A DNA stretch of 63,686 nt, counting the filler, from Choristocarpus tenellus KU-1152 (taxonomy: Eukaryota > Protista > Phaeophyceae), in NCBI GenBank assembly GCA_964200185.2. It is 14 parts of 14 records of this genome, joined end to end, with 100 filler letters (N's around TTAATTAATTAA, not from the genome) between each part and the next. Parts side by side here need not be neighbours in the genome. Positions count along the whole stretch, not along the records: positions 44,863 to 49,448 come from CAXNAD020013897.1; positions 49,549 to 59,717 come from CAXNAD020003104.1; positions 59,818 to 63,686 come from CAXNAD020017484.1; 11 more parts are not named here. One strand, written 5' to 3'. Made by a program: the position numbers and the translations under genes. A model generated the notes under the pieces. It had not been told where the DNA came from. It saw only the letters and a list, made by a program, of their open reading frames with translations, and searched no databases. This document shows, piece by piece, positions 49,431-62,029 of this stretch; positions within the stretch are counted from its first letter, which is position 1; each line of letters begins with the position of its first letter.

Positions 49431-52400
49431 CCCCCCCCCCTCCCCCCCNNNNNNNNNNNNNNNNNNNNNNNNNNNNNNNNNNNNNNNNNNNNTTAATTAA
49501 TTAANNNNNNNNNNNNNNNNNNNNNNNNNNNNNNNNNNNNNNNNNNNNCAGCAAAAAAAAGAGTTGTTTGACCGAAACGGACGCCCCGTCACAAACCACC
49601 CCCCTCCCCAGTTACTTTGACCCATTTCAAATATCTATTGCTCTCATCCCACAGAGAAGTGTGCAATCTGTTTAGTGATGCGGTAGATCACTGCACATAA
49701 ATGTGTATGATGAAGTACAACAATGTTCAGAGATAATTTGCTGTCCTAGGAATCTTGCTTGTTCGCCACATCACTCCTAAAAATATTATATAATTCTTAC
49801 CTCCCTACTAATACTGCAATCTACTGCAGAATGCTCTTTGTAGAATTACATCTCCAATCAACCCCTTGTGACTATATACCTGGTAACAAGAAATGCATGA
49901 GAATAGAGGAGAGAGGGGCATTGCCGAGTAACCGGGGTCTTTGTGACTACCTTCTGGTGGTACATACACGCTTGTAGCACTCTGGAGGGCGATTTCGAAA
50001 ATGCGTTGACGAACATATGCCTTCTCTAACCACAGCCTCATATTGGGGATTATCTGCATTTCAGGATATGGGATAGGGACGTCAAGCAGAAGTTAAAAAA
50101 AAAACTAAATGGTCGAGAGGACCAAAATAGACTCTCCCCTAAGATAAGGTTTCTCATCTCTCACGATAGATAGTCCTCCATTATTTGAGCACTAGAGCAG
50201 TTGGTAGCAGAAGCGCGGGATAGCAGTCACAACACACGATACCAACAAAAAATGTCATAATATACAATTCGTAGGGATTAACCAGCTGTTACGGACTCGG
50301 CGATGATTGGCGGGACTATGGGGTGTGCATTTCTCTACAATTGAGTACATCAATATCACTGTACTTCTACTCTATGCAAGCAATAGATGAAGGTACGCAC
50401 GTCCCTTACCCTGTGGAGAACTCGAGCATCCGTATCTTCTGATTGAAGATCACATCACCAATCATTCAACTTATACCTTCAACCTATCCACCCTACTCCA
50501 TTGACTAGTTTTGTGTTGGTGTCGAAGTTTATGAACAACTTTAGAGATGACATACTCACTTCCATGAGAATCCTCCAAATGATCTGAAATAAAGTGATAA
50601 TAACAGGTAGGATATGTTTGCTCTAAACAACCACAGTCTTCACAAATACATGTTTGCTCTCTCGCGCACCATTAGGGGCGTGGCAGGAACGACGAGGATC
50701 CGATAAGAAAACATGGGTATCAGTTTGCCCCTGTGTATAGGGAGGAGATGTTGACGTCGGGGATATGGGCGCAGCAATTTCGGTGGGTTCTTTGTTAACC
50801 TCCAGTTAAGGGGTGGTGCACTCTGTGTGTGGTGCACCTTCTATAACCTCATTAACCAAAATTTACGTTACTCTCACTGACCAATGATGGTGCTGTACAA
50901 ACTGTGAAGAGGGTACGTACGCTCGAGTCTACGGGATCAATCCGGGCTTCGAAGTTGCTCAATTTTTAACTTCACCCTAGTCAGAGGACTATCTCGGCTC
51001 AAACTCAAAGGCCCTATTCACACTGCACTACTTCTCATACTACCTACTACAACTGTTCCACTTTGACTAATTGTACTGCCTCCGATCGTGACTTGCTTCT
51101 CGTGCATTGGGTTCAGTCATCCCACCGATCGTCGTTCTTCCTCCCTTCATTATTGTGTTGGACCCACGCCGGGGTTGCTTGGGAACGAAGCCTAGTTCTG
51201 GTCCAACTTTTTGTAGTGTACGAAGAGATGCGATAGTATCGAATAACAAGGGTAGAAGAAAGGTACAGGGCACTATCGATAGTGCTTCCCACCACACAGA
51301 AGTCTTTTCAATAATCGAAACCACATTTCCATTTCGAAAATCTCTATTTCTGGACTGAGCGGTAAAGGGCTGTCCCTTCAATGATCACACACCCTTTTAC
51401 ACAGCATTGATAGTACTTCGAAAGGGCCATATACACTACAACAGTAGACTAATTTTCTTCTACTATATATTGTACATGATCTATTGATTGTTAATTAACT
51501 TGTACCAATACCTTTTTTGGATCTCATCAGAATTCCTTACTCCCAGTTCCTAGCGGTAGGAACTAACTTCCTTCCAACCATCTCCCTGATTTAGTCTTGA
51601 GTATTGCAGCATGGGCGGTCAACCTTCAAGTCTCAATTCTTCGAGTCAGTCCATGCAAACCCATGCACAATCCATAAACTGGTCTACAGATGCACATACA
51701 ACAAGCGCTGCTCCATTGGTGAGTTCTTGACCAACCATGTGGTGAGTTGGACTGGATCTTCACTCGCTCTATCCACTCTCCAACAATCCACATACATAAA
51801 CATACACCTGTTCACCCGTTTCCTAAAATATGGAATAACCCCACAGGTAAAATACAAACCAGAATTTTACGGTTCTTTTTATTGTAGCACAGAATTCCCG
51901 CTGCCCCTGGGAAAAAAATGCGGATGGTGATTTCCGCTTTACACCATTTCTCAAAACCAAAGAAAGAGATGAAAAGTGAAAACAAAAATTGTCTATAATT
52001 CTGTTGGATATCGGACCTTTTTCACAAGGAAATATCTGAGAATTCAAAAAAACAAATTATTTTTCCTCAAGGAGTTTTTTTTAGACTTATGAACGAAACT
52101 GTTACCATTTTGAGAGCACAAACTACCGTATACATTCAAAAGCATGTGTCGAAGGGGTATGTGCGGTCTGAAGAGACCAAATGATCATCAAATGATCAAT
52201 GATCAAAAATGAGCATTACCTGACAAACAAGAACGACAGCAACGTACCCATTCTTACTGATCTAACATCTGTCAAAATGGAGAGTGCTCTTCAGTTCACA
52301 ATTTTTCTTGTACTATATTTGTTTGTAGTAGTATTGTATGGATTTAGTGTTTTTGAGATTGAAGGAAAGGTGTGGTCATTTCAGTTGTGGAAACTACCAA

Positions 52401-52475
52401 AATGTAATCAAAGAAATACGTGGTTTTTCTCAATCCGAAGTGGCTTATCTTCATTTCTGCATCAAGTATACTCAC

Positions 52476-54696
52476 CCCTAGTCATCACATCCATCGAAAC
52501 TTTCATCAGGCCTGTCCTCTTCACCCTGGTGACCTCGCGCCCCTCTCCTCGTGCAACAAATTTCGAGTCAAAGAACTGGTATGCATAAACGAGTTGCGTA
52601 ATAAGGAAGAGCGTGAGAGATGATTGTTTCACGTTTCAGGAGTAGATAGTGAAATGTGGAATAGTGGAAGACGAGCCATAGGAGGTGGAGCTTTTCCCAA
52701 GAAAGCATTTGGATTTGGACCAGGAAACTACCGTGAAGTATATTTTGAAATACAGGGCATTTTTCTTAAGATGAGTGTGATACTATGTAGTAGGTATATG
52801 AGTATCTTTTCCACTCTTACTGGAAGACAGGAAAAATCGCTTGCCCGCATCCTAGTTTGTGCATACTCCATACAGAGAGGAAATGGGCAGATGGTATGCG
52901 TGAAGAGTTGGAGAACCATGTTATGGAAGTAGACATCTGTCCATTTGTATCTCTCAATGGTTCCTTTCAATACATTGTTCAATATGCATTAAGATTCGGT
53001 GTTCAGTGTAATGAATGAGGTACATAAGAGATCAACAGTAGGAATACTATCAATGCTAGGAGCACAACAGTTTCAACCACAAAGATATCACCAAGAAGAA
53101 AATTACAGTATACGTACCTCTGGATATGCCCCTGCAACCCAGGAATGAAAGCGTTGGAGGAGGGATGATGGTTGGGGTGCATAAATATCCACAACTCTCT
53201 CATGCCTCCCAGACTGAGTTGGTACCAGAAGTGAACCGTAACCAACAACTACGTCACGACCCATATTGTCCACCTGGAAGACCTGGTTCAGATTTCCGTA
53301 GTAGTAGTTGATTGTAATGTGGTCAGGGTGAGGATAGTGTGTCCACTTGACTACAGGTGTGTGCGATAAAATTTACCACATGACACATAATGGAGAAACC
53401 GTTTGTGAAAGAAGTAGTATGCCCGATGTCCATGCATATACATCAATGAAGAACGGCAGGATAAGTACTACTTCAAAACTATGATTGTTGCGCTAAGGAG
53501 TACCTGTCAAACAATGAGATATCACCATCTTCCCATGGCATACTCACTTAGACCTGTCGTATGTACCACCCACAGTACCACCCTCAGTACACACAAGCAA
53601 GTATAATGCAAATATGCTTTGTTCATGTTTTTGAGCTGTTTGCTCATCTACTGTATGGTCGGGTTATGAATGACTTACACTCAGAGCAACTCTTGGCCAT
53701 CCGAAGGCATTAGTGGCTTTGAAAGTCACATCAATAGGAAAGTTCCATACCACTGAGGTGTCTGCCCCACCTCTACGCCGGGCTATCTGAGAGAGGCCTG
53801 TGTCTAGCCCCTTTGGGTGGTTGTAATTGCAGCACATGTCATTGGATCGGGAGGGGTGGATTGTGGAGAGTGTTGAATGCACATGGGGTGGATATATATG
53901 TGTGTTAATATTTCGGGTAGTTATTAATAGTTGAGCACTAAATCATTGTTGTGAGTAGCCCGACTGTTCCTACATTACACCTCACCCCTGTCATATTTTA
54001 CACATTATACGATATATATGCGAAATAGTATGGAACCAACCCAGTGTTACTTATATATATTCTGAAATGATCTTAAATTTCAACACAGAGTCTCACAGGC
54101 AAGTAGGATTATTTTGGTGCCCATGAATGCCGTGGCAGTCTTGTGGTATCATTCCCAACATTGAGACGAGTTGAGGTTACCTTGAAGAGCCACATGCAGG
54201 GCTGTCACCATCGCAAACACACACACACACACACGTAAGTAGTCACTCCCGCGATCAGGGTATTCTTACATGTACAATATACCAGTCGTTCCCAAAGCTG
54301 AGAGCGTAGCGACAATAAAGGTTGTCCGCAGAAGCAAACTGGCAGCAATACAAAACATACATCAGGTAGTAAGTAGTGGTTTGCTTTTTGGGTGGGGGAC
54401 ATTAAAAAATAATGTCCAAGATTGTGAGCCTCATCTCTTTCTTCATTGTTAGATGTTTCATTGGATTTTGGGGTTTGTCGTGAAATTATTTGAATTTGCG
54501 ATCACTCATGGGAAGAAAGATAGTGACAATACATACTCATTTGATATGATTCGGATCAATTCAGGCTCTGCGTGTCGATGAAAAAAGGTAGACAGCAAGT
54601 TTATTGAAGGAGTAATACCTCTCCATGTTCGACCTGGCCAGTGCACATGACGAAGAAGTTTGAACCTATCGAAGGTCCACCAGGGGTTCCTGCTAC
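52476..54696 (-). CDS. B9D1: B9 domain-containing protein 1 (ciliary transition zone, MKS module); first and last exons unresolved
   Basis: Exons 54696-54619, 54338-54270, 53810-53679, 53282-53118 and 52575-52476 splice to ...NFFVMCTGQVEHGE-FASADNLYCRYALSFGNDWYIVH-GLDTGLSQIARR...[46 protein letters not shown]...WVAGAYPE-FFDSKFVARGEGREVTRV. Confidence 0.93.
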
Positions 54697-56026
54697 CTGA
54701 GAAAATATGATAAGAGTCATAATCTGTATCATTGATGAATTTGCCATTATATTGCTAATAGAAATGTATTGCATGTTAGGCTGGAATTCTCCAATGTCAG
54801 ACATCCTGAATAATGCTCTGGAAGGTGGAGAAATCCGAGGTCCCAAAAGACCATGATGGCCCTAGAGACATGAGCGATAAATCGCGCACAACAACCACAT
54901 GATCTTTTGCGATAGCATCAGAGCTCACCCCTTCTCCAATAGCCCCGATTACTGTTTTTCCCATGTTGTCACCAGTCAACCCATAGGCGCCCTTATCTCG
55001 AGTTATTGTCCTGAAGGTTGATGGAACGTGATTGTTGGATGAAGATTGATACCAGCGAAGGTTACTTGTTTCATATAAGTATGGTGTTTTTGCTTTGATT
55101 CTGGGGACTTTACTTCTTCTGGAGAAAAGGGTGGACATCAAGTTCTGCGAGAATATCGATCGCTTGAAAAGTTGTGGGACTACGCGACAGGGCACACCGA
55201 GGGAAAGAATAGGCAGCGGGACTTGAGAATCATCATTGTCGAAAAGGTGCACGTTCTTCTCCAGAATACAAGCGAAGAAAGAATTGTGGTTCCCGTATTG
55301 AAAGATTTTATGCTGGATGACTGGATACTAACTTTGTGAGTGCTGCTAGAGAAGTCATATTTATCCCTCTGTTGTCTGCTCCTTGAAGATCCGATCGTGA
55401 AACTTCCACTGTATCCTGGAGCAAACCCCAGCAAATCAGAGTAAACAGTATCTCAACCCCACTAACTTCCCGACGTCTTCAAATATCTCAACAAATAAAC
55501 TTGGTGACGACTCCCCCTAAACTTAGATATATAGATATCAACACGAAATCAGTTTAAAACTTTTCAAAACAACCAATCAATCACAGCAAAAACGAATTTC
55601 GTGGGTTGGATTGAATCAAGTGAGAGATCGACCAACAAAAATATCGTTACAATATATGTTCCTATTCATTCCCAAGAGTCCGAATGACGGATGGGAGATG
55701 GAAGACAACAAATTGAATAATTTATCCGACTATTATTTGATTTTGATGCTCATGCATTTTGAGCTGCCCATGGACTGGTCAGACCTCGTCAAATAAGGTT
55801 CCAATTTCCACATTTCCTCAAGACAAGAAATCAGAAACCCTGGACGGAGACGCTGTAGATAACACCCCTGGTCTCAGTTCACCTCCATTCTCAATTCAAA
55901 CTCAAGTGTACACCCCAACTCAGATCATCCACTCCGAGGCAGTTTGTCACAGGTTCTCCACTCAAGTCTAACGGGGCGAGTACCAATCAGGAGACTTCAA
56001 CTGTCCCACAACGGTAGCCAGGAACG

Positions 56027-58547
56027 ATGTCTAAATCAGGAGGACTTTGGCACGAGATGGCAGGCGGAACTGTAGGCGGCGTTTTGGGGATGACATTTGT
56101 GTACCCCCTGGACACTGTCAAGTGCAGGTGATAAAGGGGCGGGGCGTTAAGTTGTGGGGGTGATTGTCGCCGTGTTTTTCATAGAGGCATTGGAATATCT
56201 TCTTTGAAGTCTTCTGGACCCATCTTCAACTGTTGAAGTGTGGTTGTGGTTGCTGTTGTTCAATACATTCGGCATGGAACCTCACTTACGGAACATCTCC
56301 TTCTGCTCAGGCTCCAGACAGCGCCACCTTCGCAGTACGGGGGAATGTCTCACGCGCTGGCACAGATGATTCGTCACGAGGGGGTAAGTACCTGTCACCC
56401 CACTCCTCAATGATCTCATTACGAGACTACACTGTTGCTTCTTTCTCAGGCTTCTTTTCCAGTTTTCTCCCATCGCTTAAGTCGAGGGTCATCAAGGATA
56501 TCTGTTTCGAATGCTCCGATTGCCACCTTCTTTGTACTTGAAGTCCTAGATATAGTGCCGAAGCGACATCTGTGGTTGAACAACGGTCGACCCTTGATCA
56601 CGAAGCATCTACGAGGCGGCCTAGAAAGCACAACTCAAACCTGACTTGACCGACACTAACCAGGACCATGCGATCTCGTATTCCCCAACTCAGAGTCTTT
56701 CAATATATCGCGGACTCCTCTCTCCAGTGGTTGGCTACGGCGCTATCTTCGCTGCGTCGTTCTCCGCATACAGACAGGCTGGAAACCTCTTGCTCGAGTG
56801 AGTATCCTCGCCTGTAAAATTGTAATCTGTTGCTACCCTTGATTTCATGGCCATAACTTCAAGATCGCCATCGCTTTTCAGATATTCTATTACCCCTTGG
56901 GAGGAAAAAACCAACCTTACTGTAATACTCATCGGCCTCAACCTCACAACATGGCCGTCCGCTTCTCGATCCCCCGTTGGCGTATCCTCCCCTTTCACCC
57001 ACAGGCAAAGAGGTGCCAGAATAGGAGACGAATTATCACTCCAGGAAGCTAGCTTGGCAGGGCTGTGGGCAGGAATTATCCAGGCACCCTTGCGCCAGGT
57101 CTTCGAGAGGGTGAAGGGAGTAATGCAGGTAAAACGAGACATGGGATGCTCTTGATATTCAGAAGGAATTTTAGGATCACTTCACACCAACAAACTGTTA
57201 AAGACGGTGAATCGAAGGTGCATGGTTAGCAATGTAAAGGAAATTTCTGTCCACGTATCATCTTTTTATCTTCGCCTTAACTACCCCCACAATCCGTTTG
57301 TGTGTCTTCATTGACTGGACAAGCCTGCAACTTCGGCACCCAACTCAAATATTTGCTTGTTGTTGTCTCGTCTACCCCAGGTGAAACGTGGAGAGATGGG
57401 GAGATCTCCCTATCGCTGGAGTGGAGCTTGTGCAGCTGATCTAGTCCGAACGTAAGTGTAAAACGTGGGCGGTCTTCTTATTCGACTTAGTCTTCCTCAC
57501 TATTGCTACCAGTACAGTCATAGAAGATTTGATAAGTTTTTATTCACAGGTACCTTGCACCCACTCTCGTCTTGTTTACCTTCCCCATTGCTGTGCTTCC
57601 CTGAATTTCTTTCTTAATCTGGTCTGCAACAGAGAGGGCATAAAGATGGGTCTATTTCGCGGAATGGGCTCGACACTGATAAGGGAGTCTGTGCAATTTG
57701 CCATCTACTATCCTATGGTGGGTCTGGTAGAACACATTGAATATTGACAACTCCTTGTACTGTATCCTTGTTTCCGATCTAGCTACAAAAAACTTCAGTC
57801 AACAATGACTTGGGAGCATTTTTTTCTGTCTTTTGTGTACTTAAATATGGCTCTGGCCAGAAAGATCCTTTGTTTAACCTCTAGTCTCCCTTCTACTTTG
57901 ATGTTTTATACCAAATGAACAGTACGAGTTTGTCAAGAGACAGTTGATCAGGAGAAATGGTGCTGGTCCTGGTGGTGGCAATACAGTGCTGAGCCCTTTC
58001 CTTCTCATGGCAGCGGGCGGTATTGCAGGAACAGCACAATGGCTTCCTCCAGTATATTTCTTGGATGTGATTAAGACAAGGATGCAGACGGCCGAAGGAG
58101 GAGTTTATAGGGGGGCGTGGGACTGTGCTGTCAAGACCTTCAGGTAACCCTGCCAAGATAAGCGCTGGAGTATTTTTATAGCAGTGTTTTGCAGTTCAAC
58201 AACTCACGAATCATTTTCCTGATATACTTGGCAGGTCTGAAGGCTCTTCGGCATTTTTCCGAGGACTTGGACCATCCATTCTCCGAGCTTTCCCCCTTCA
58301 TGCAGTCATTTTCCTTGGTTATGAGTTAACAACGGACTTTCTTGCGAAGCCTGAGGTTTCGCAGCCTATGTGCTCAAGGATCCCATCTGCAGCTCCATCA
58401 GCTGCACGTGCAGTTGGAGTGGTTGGAGCAGCTGCAGCAGCAACTGCTGCGAATGCTAGTGCTGCGACAGCAGCTGCTGCAAGTGCTGCAAGTGCTGCAG
58501 CTGCTGCTACAGCCAGTGCTGTTGCATCGGCTGTGGAGGCGACCTGA
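56027..58547 (+). CDS. Mitochondrial carrier (SLC25; carnitine/acylcarnitine or basic amino-acid carrier-like), complete, 8 exons, 363 aa
   Basis: Exons 56027-56127, 56311-56383, 56694-56797, 57005-57128, 57381-57451, 57633-57717, 57923-58143 and 58235-58547 total 1092 nt and are all in phase. Three carrier repeats: YPLDTVKCRLQ..EG..IYRG; VFERVKGVMQ..EG..GLFRG; FLDVIKTRMQ..EG..FFRGLGPSILRAFP. Confidence 0.95.
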
Positions 58548-61309
58548 TGCTAGCTGTGGCGGGGGTGATATCTGATTATGGTGGGTATGGTGGAAACATG
58601 TGTTCGGAGCATGGGGCATAGAGGGACACGAGGCTGATTGCTAGTGTACTGTTTTTGTCCTTGGCCGGTGCATCTTGCTCCGGATACATGTCTTTTTTAT
58701 CTTTGATAGCAGCATTTGCTTGTGCCGTGTTGGAGAGCAAGTGTTTTGTTTGACAGGTTATGTTCTTTTTCTTGATATGGTTTTATTTCCCTGTTCATAA
58801 CATGTGCAGGGTGTCTGAAGCAGTATGCTCCTATTGAGCACCTGGTTCAATACATATTATAGGTTTGTAATTTTGCAGAATAATTGTCTTGCAGACAGGA
58901 GTTTTTCCCCTCCTTCAAGTCTCATGTAGCTCTTCTCTCCTACTTGACATAATGCTTGATTACACTTCGTTTCTGTTGAATTATGCACCCTTGTCTTGGA
59001 AACAGGACTAAAGACTCTTGAGTTTGGTCATGGTAGGGAAGTACGATTGTAAGAAAATTGTCCCCCAAGAATTTTAAGGGTGTTCCTAGTCTGGATCAGG
59101 CTGTTCTTGTTACCTGACTTACGACCCCCAATTTCTGATGGACTGAGTGGAGGGTAGGAGAGTACCGGGTGTGTCTGAGAAAAAAACCCATGTATTTCAT
59201 TCTCCTGTACTTTTTATTTGCTTACAAGAGTGGTGTGGATAAGTGTGTGCATATATGAGGGTTCTTTGCTCCCTGTTCACGAATCACGACTGTTTGCGCA
59301 GTGGTTTCATCATGTACAAGAGAGTGAATCATGGGTCTCTTCTGTTGAGACATAGGTTTGGAGGGGGGGATATATATATATATATATATATTTGCTGCTC
59401 CTTTCCTCTTGTACAGGAGAAATGTATTGGTGTAATTCTCTTGTTTGTGCTATATGTCACACATGCACAAAAAAACTGTGTTGCTTGCCTATTTCGTGCA
59501 AAGGGTTTCTACACCAGAGCGTGCTGGTTACTGGAAGGACGGGTGGGACTGTGGAATGTTCCTGTAACTATATAATGGCTCTTTATTTGTAAGCCTTAGG
59601 CGTAAGAGTGTACTGAACACTGTGTACAATCCTCATGTACAAAGCACAGTATTGCTCATGTAGCACAACAAGATTAGAACTAGGTCAGTGCTGGCTGTGA
59701 AAGTATCCCCCCCCCTTNNNNNNNNNNNNNNNNNNNNNNNNNNNNNNNNNNNNNNNNNNNNTTAATTAATTAANNNNNNNNNNNNNNNNNNNNNNNNNNN
59801 NNNNNNNNNNNNNNNNNCCAAGATACTTTGACCCTGTATGTCCTTGAGGAGGAAATGTCTGAAACCAAAGCACAAAACACCCTCGTCATCCTCACGGACA
59901 TGGGCATGTATTTACCAAACGGAGATATTTCTCCTCTCTGTGCTTGGAACATCTGATGTTCTTTCATGGAGGGAACTATATATACATGCTCTACACACAC
60001 AGTGCACGGGGATCATTCATGTACGAGTGAATCATCCTTGGCCTTGTATGCTGGAAAGCTTAACATAGAGAGCGAAGTTAGAGTGATCAGGAACGACCTG
60101 TGAACCAGGACCTTGTGAGTTAAATTAGATTGGTTTCGTATCTGCATTTGTGCATTTGAGATTTTAGTGGCATATGGGTGAGTATAAGGACTGAGGTGAG
60201 GGATTGTTGTTTGCCGTTGATACTATTGTTGTGTGGTGAGTGCCTGCTTCTATATCATGTTGTATATTGACACAGCTGACAGCGAGTGAGTTTACATTGT
60301 GAACTCTTCAGCACTACATGCGCTCAGTAATACTAGTAGTGTCTAGTTCCTCACTACGTTCTTGCTTGTTCATTTTGTTCTTTTTTTCCATATTTTTCTG
60401 AAATATCAACAGTAGCAGTATTGTTACTGATATTGTTCTTACTGAATACACAGCATTTCAGTTGTTCCAAAAGTCCTCACTGGTACTACTACCACACAAT
60501 AATAATGGAGGGAAGATCATCGACTATAAATAGTGGGGTTTAACAATGTCGGCAACTGCAACAACAACACAAGAAGAGGGGCACAGGAGAAAAAGAGGAA
60601 GTGGAGTAAATTGTCACAATGTTCTTCCAGATGTCAGTGTATTTTTAGTGAATGTAGTTGTTGCAGCACTGGCAGTAAGTAGTTGTTGTTGTAGTAGCAG
60701 TAGCACTAGGAGCAGTGGTACAAAAACAACAGCATCGTTCACACACAACACAAGGACCTTGTGACAACAGAAATAGACAATGGGCACCATCACCATCATC
60801 CATGCGTGACGTAGGCATGGTACGTCTTAGAATGCTAACGAAGAGCACACACACGAGCACAATACTGTACAAGATTGGACCTCATTTCACCAAGTTCCCC
60901 ACCATCAACAAAGTACAGTAGGCATGAGGAACCCATGTATGTTTCCTATCACAGAACTCAACGGTGGAACGAAATAATTTCTTGAGGGAATATCATCAGA
61001 CTTTGACTTTTAATGGTCGACTCTGAGTTCAGAGATCCTATGTTTTACTCAAATCGCCTATCACAAAAGTGTAATCCACAAAAGCCGATCATTTGTTTTC
61101 CCCCTCCCTTGTGCTCCCCCTTTTCCTCCTTCTTAACTCCCACATTCAGCACTGCAGTAAAGAACATGTTGAAGAGGATGGGGGCAAGGAGGATACACCC
61201 CTGCCAAAGGCCCTATCCAACCTCAAGGTAGTCTGTGCACTTCCCGCCACCCATGCAGACACGTGCCCTCATACTATCATGAGTTGATGGATGACAGAGA
61301 CCATCTTTA

Positions 61310-61610
61310 GAGGTGTGCCAAAACTGTCCAGCACAATCCACAGGAGATCACGATAAACAACTCACGTGCTTTTTGCACACCGACAACACTCATGAGTAGG
61401 GTATATGCGTTTCCCAGCCAAGCTCTTGGAGGGCATGTACACTTTACATCATATCCGCTGTGGAGTGACGGGGTGTAAAAGTTACTGTTCCTAATGCCAG
61501 GTGTTCTCCTGTTCCTGGTAATCTCCCGACCGCCGTGTAACAACTCTGAGGAGGACTTTGCCAGATGTACCACCAACGAGATGCCCCTGTAGTTGCCACG
61601 TAATAACAAT
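61310..61610 (-). mobile_element. RTE-like LINE reverse-transcriptase fragment
   Basis: RGNYRGISLVVHLAK...LLMSVVGVQKA...CWTVLA matches NYRGISL...FVDLQKAYDSV..LW.VL; frameshifted. Confidence 0.75.
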
Positions 61611-61677
61611 TTCCTCAAAGGGACCCTTGCAACCTTATTGGGCAATTCTCACGTACGCACCGAGGGCAACCAAGTAA

Positions 61678-61710
<33 letters not shown>

Positions 61711-62029
61711 GTCTGTCCGCTTGTGTGTTATCAGTACTGCCTCTCTCTCATGTGCTACCGTTTAAAATTAAGTACACGTTGGCAGTACCGACTCTCTCAC
61801 GTACTCTTTAAAGGCAAAGTTGTTGTCCATCAGCTGTCTGTGTCTGTGTGATTAGCAGTACTGGCTATTGTCCTTACGCATACGACTTCTTCCAAAAATA
61901 AAAAATCCTTAAAAACAATGTAATTCAACAGTACTGGCTCTTAGAGTCCCTCTCTCATACTCCTCTCTATCCCATAAGTCTGCATTGTTATGTTTTTTTG
62001 TGGACTTGTTTAAATGTGAGATTTAGAAA

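Noticed and set aside
54601-54700. FFVMCTGQVEHGE as a transposase Cys/His motif
   Set aside because: It splices in phase into B9D1 and matches the B9 N-terminal strand.
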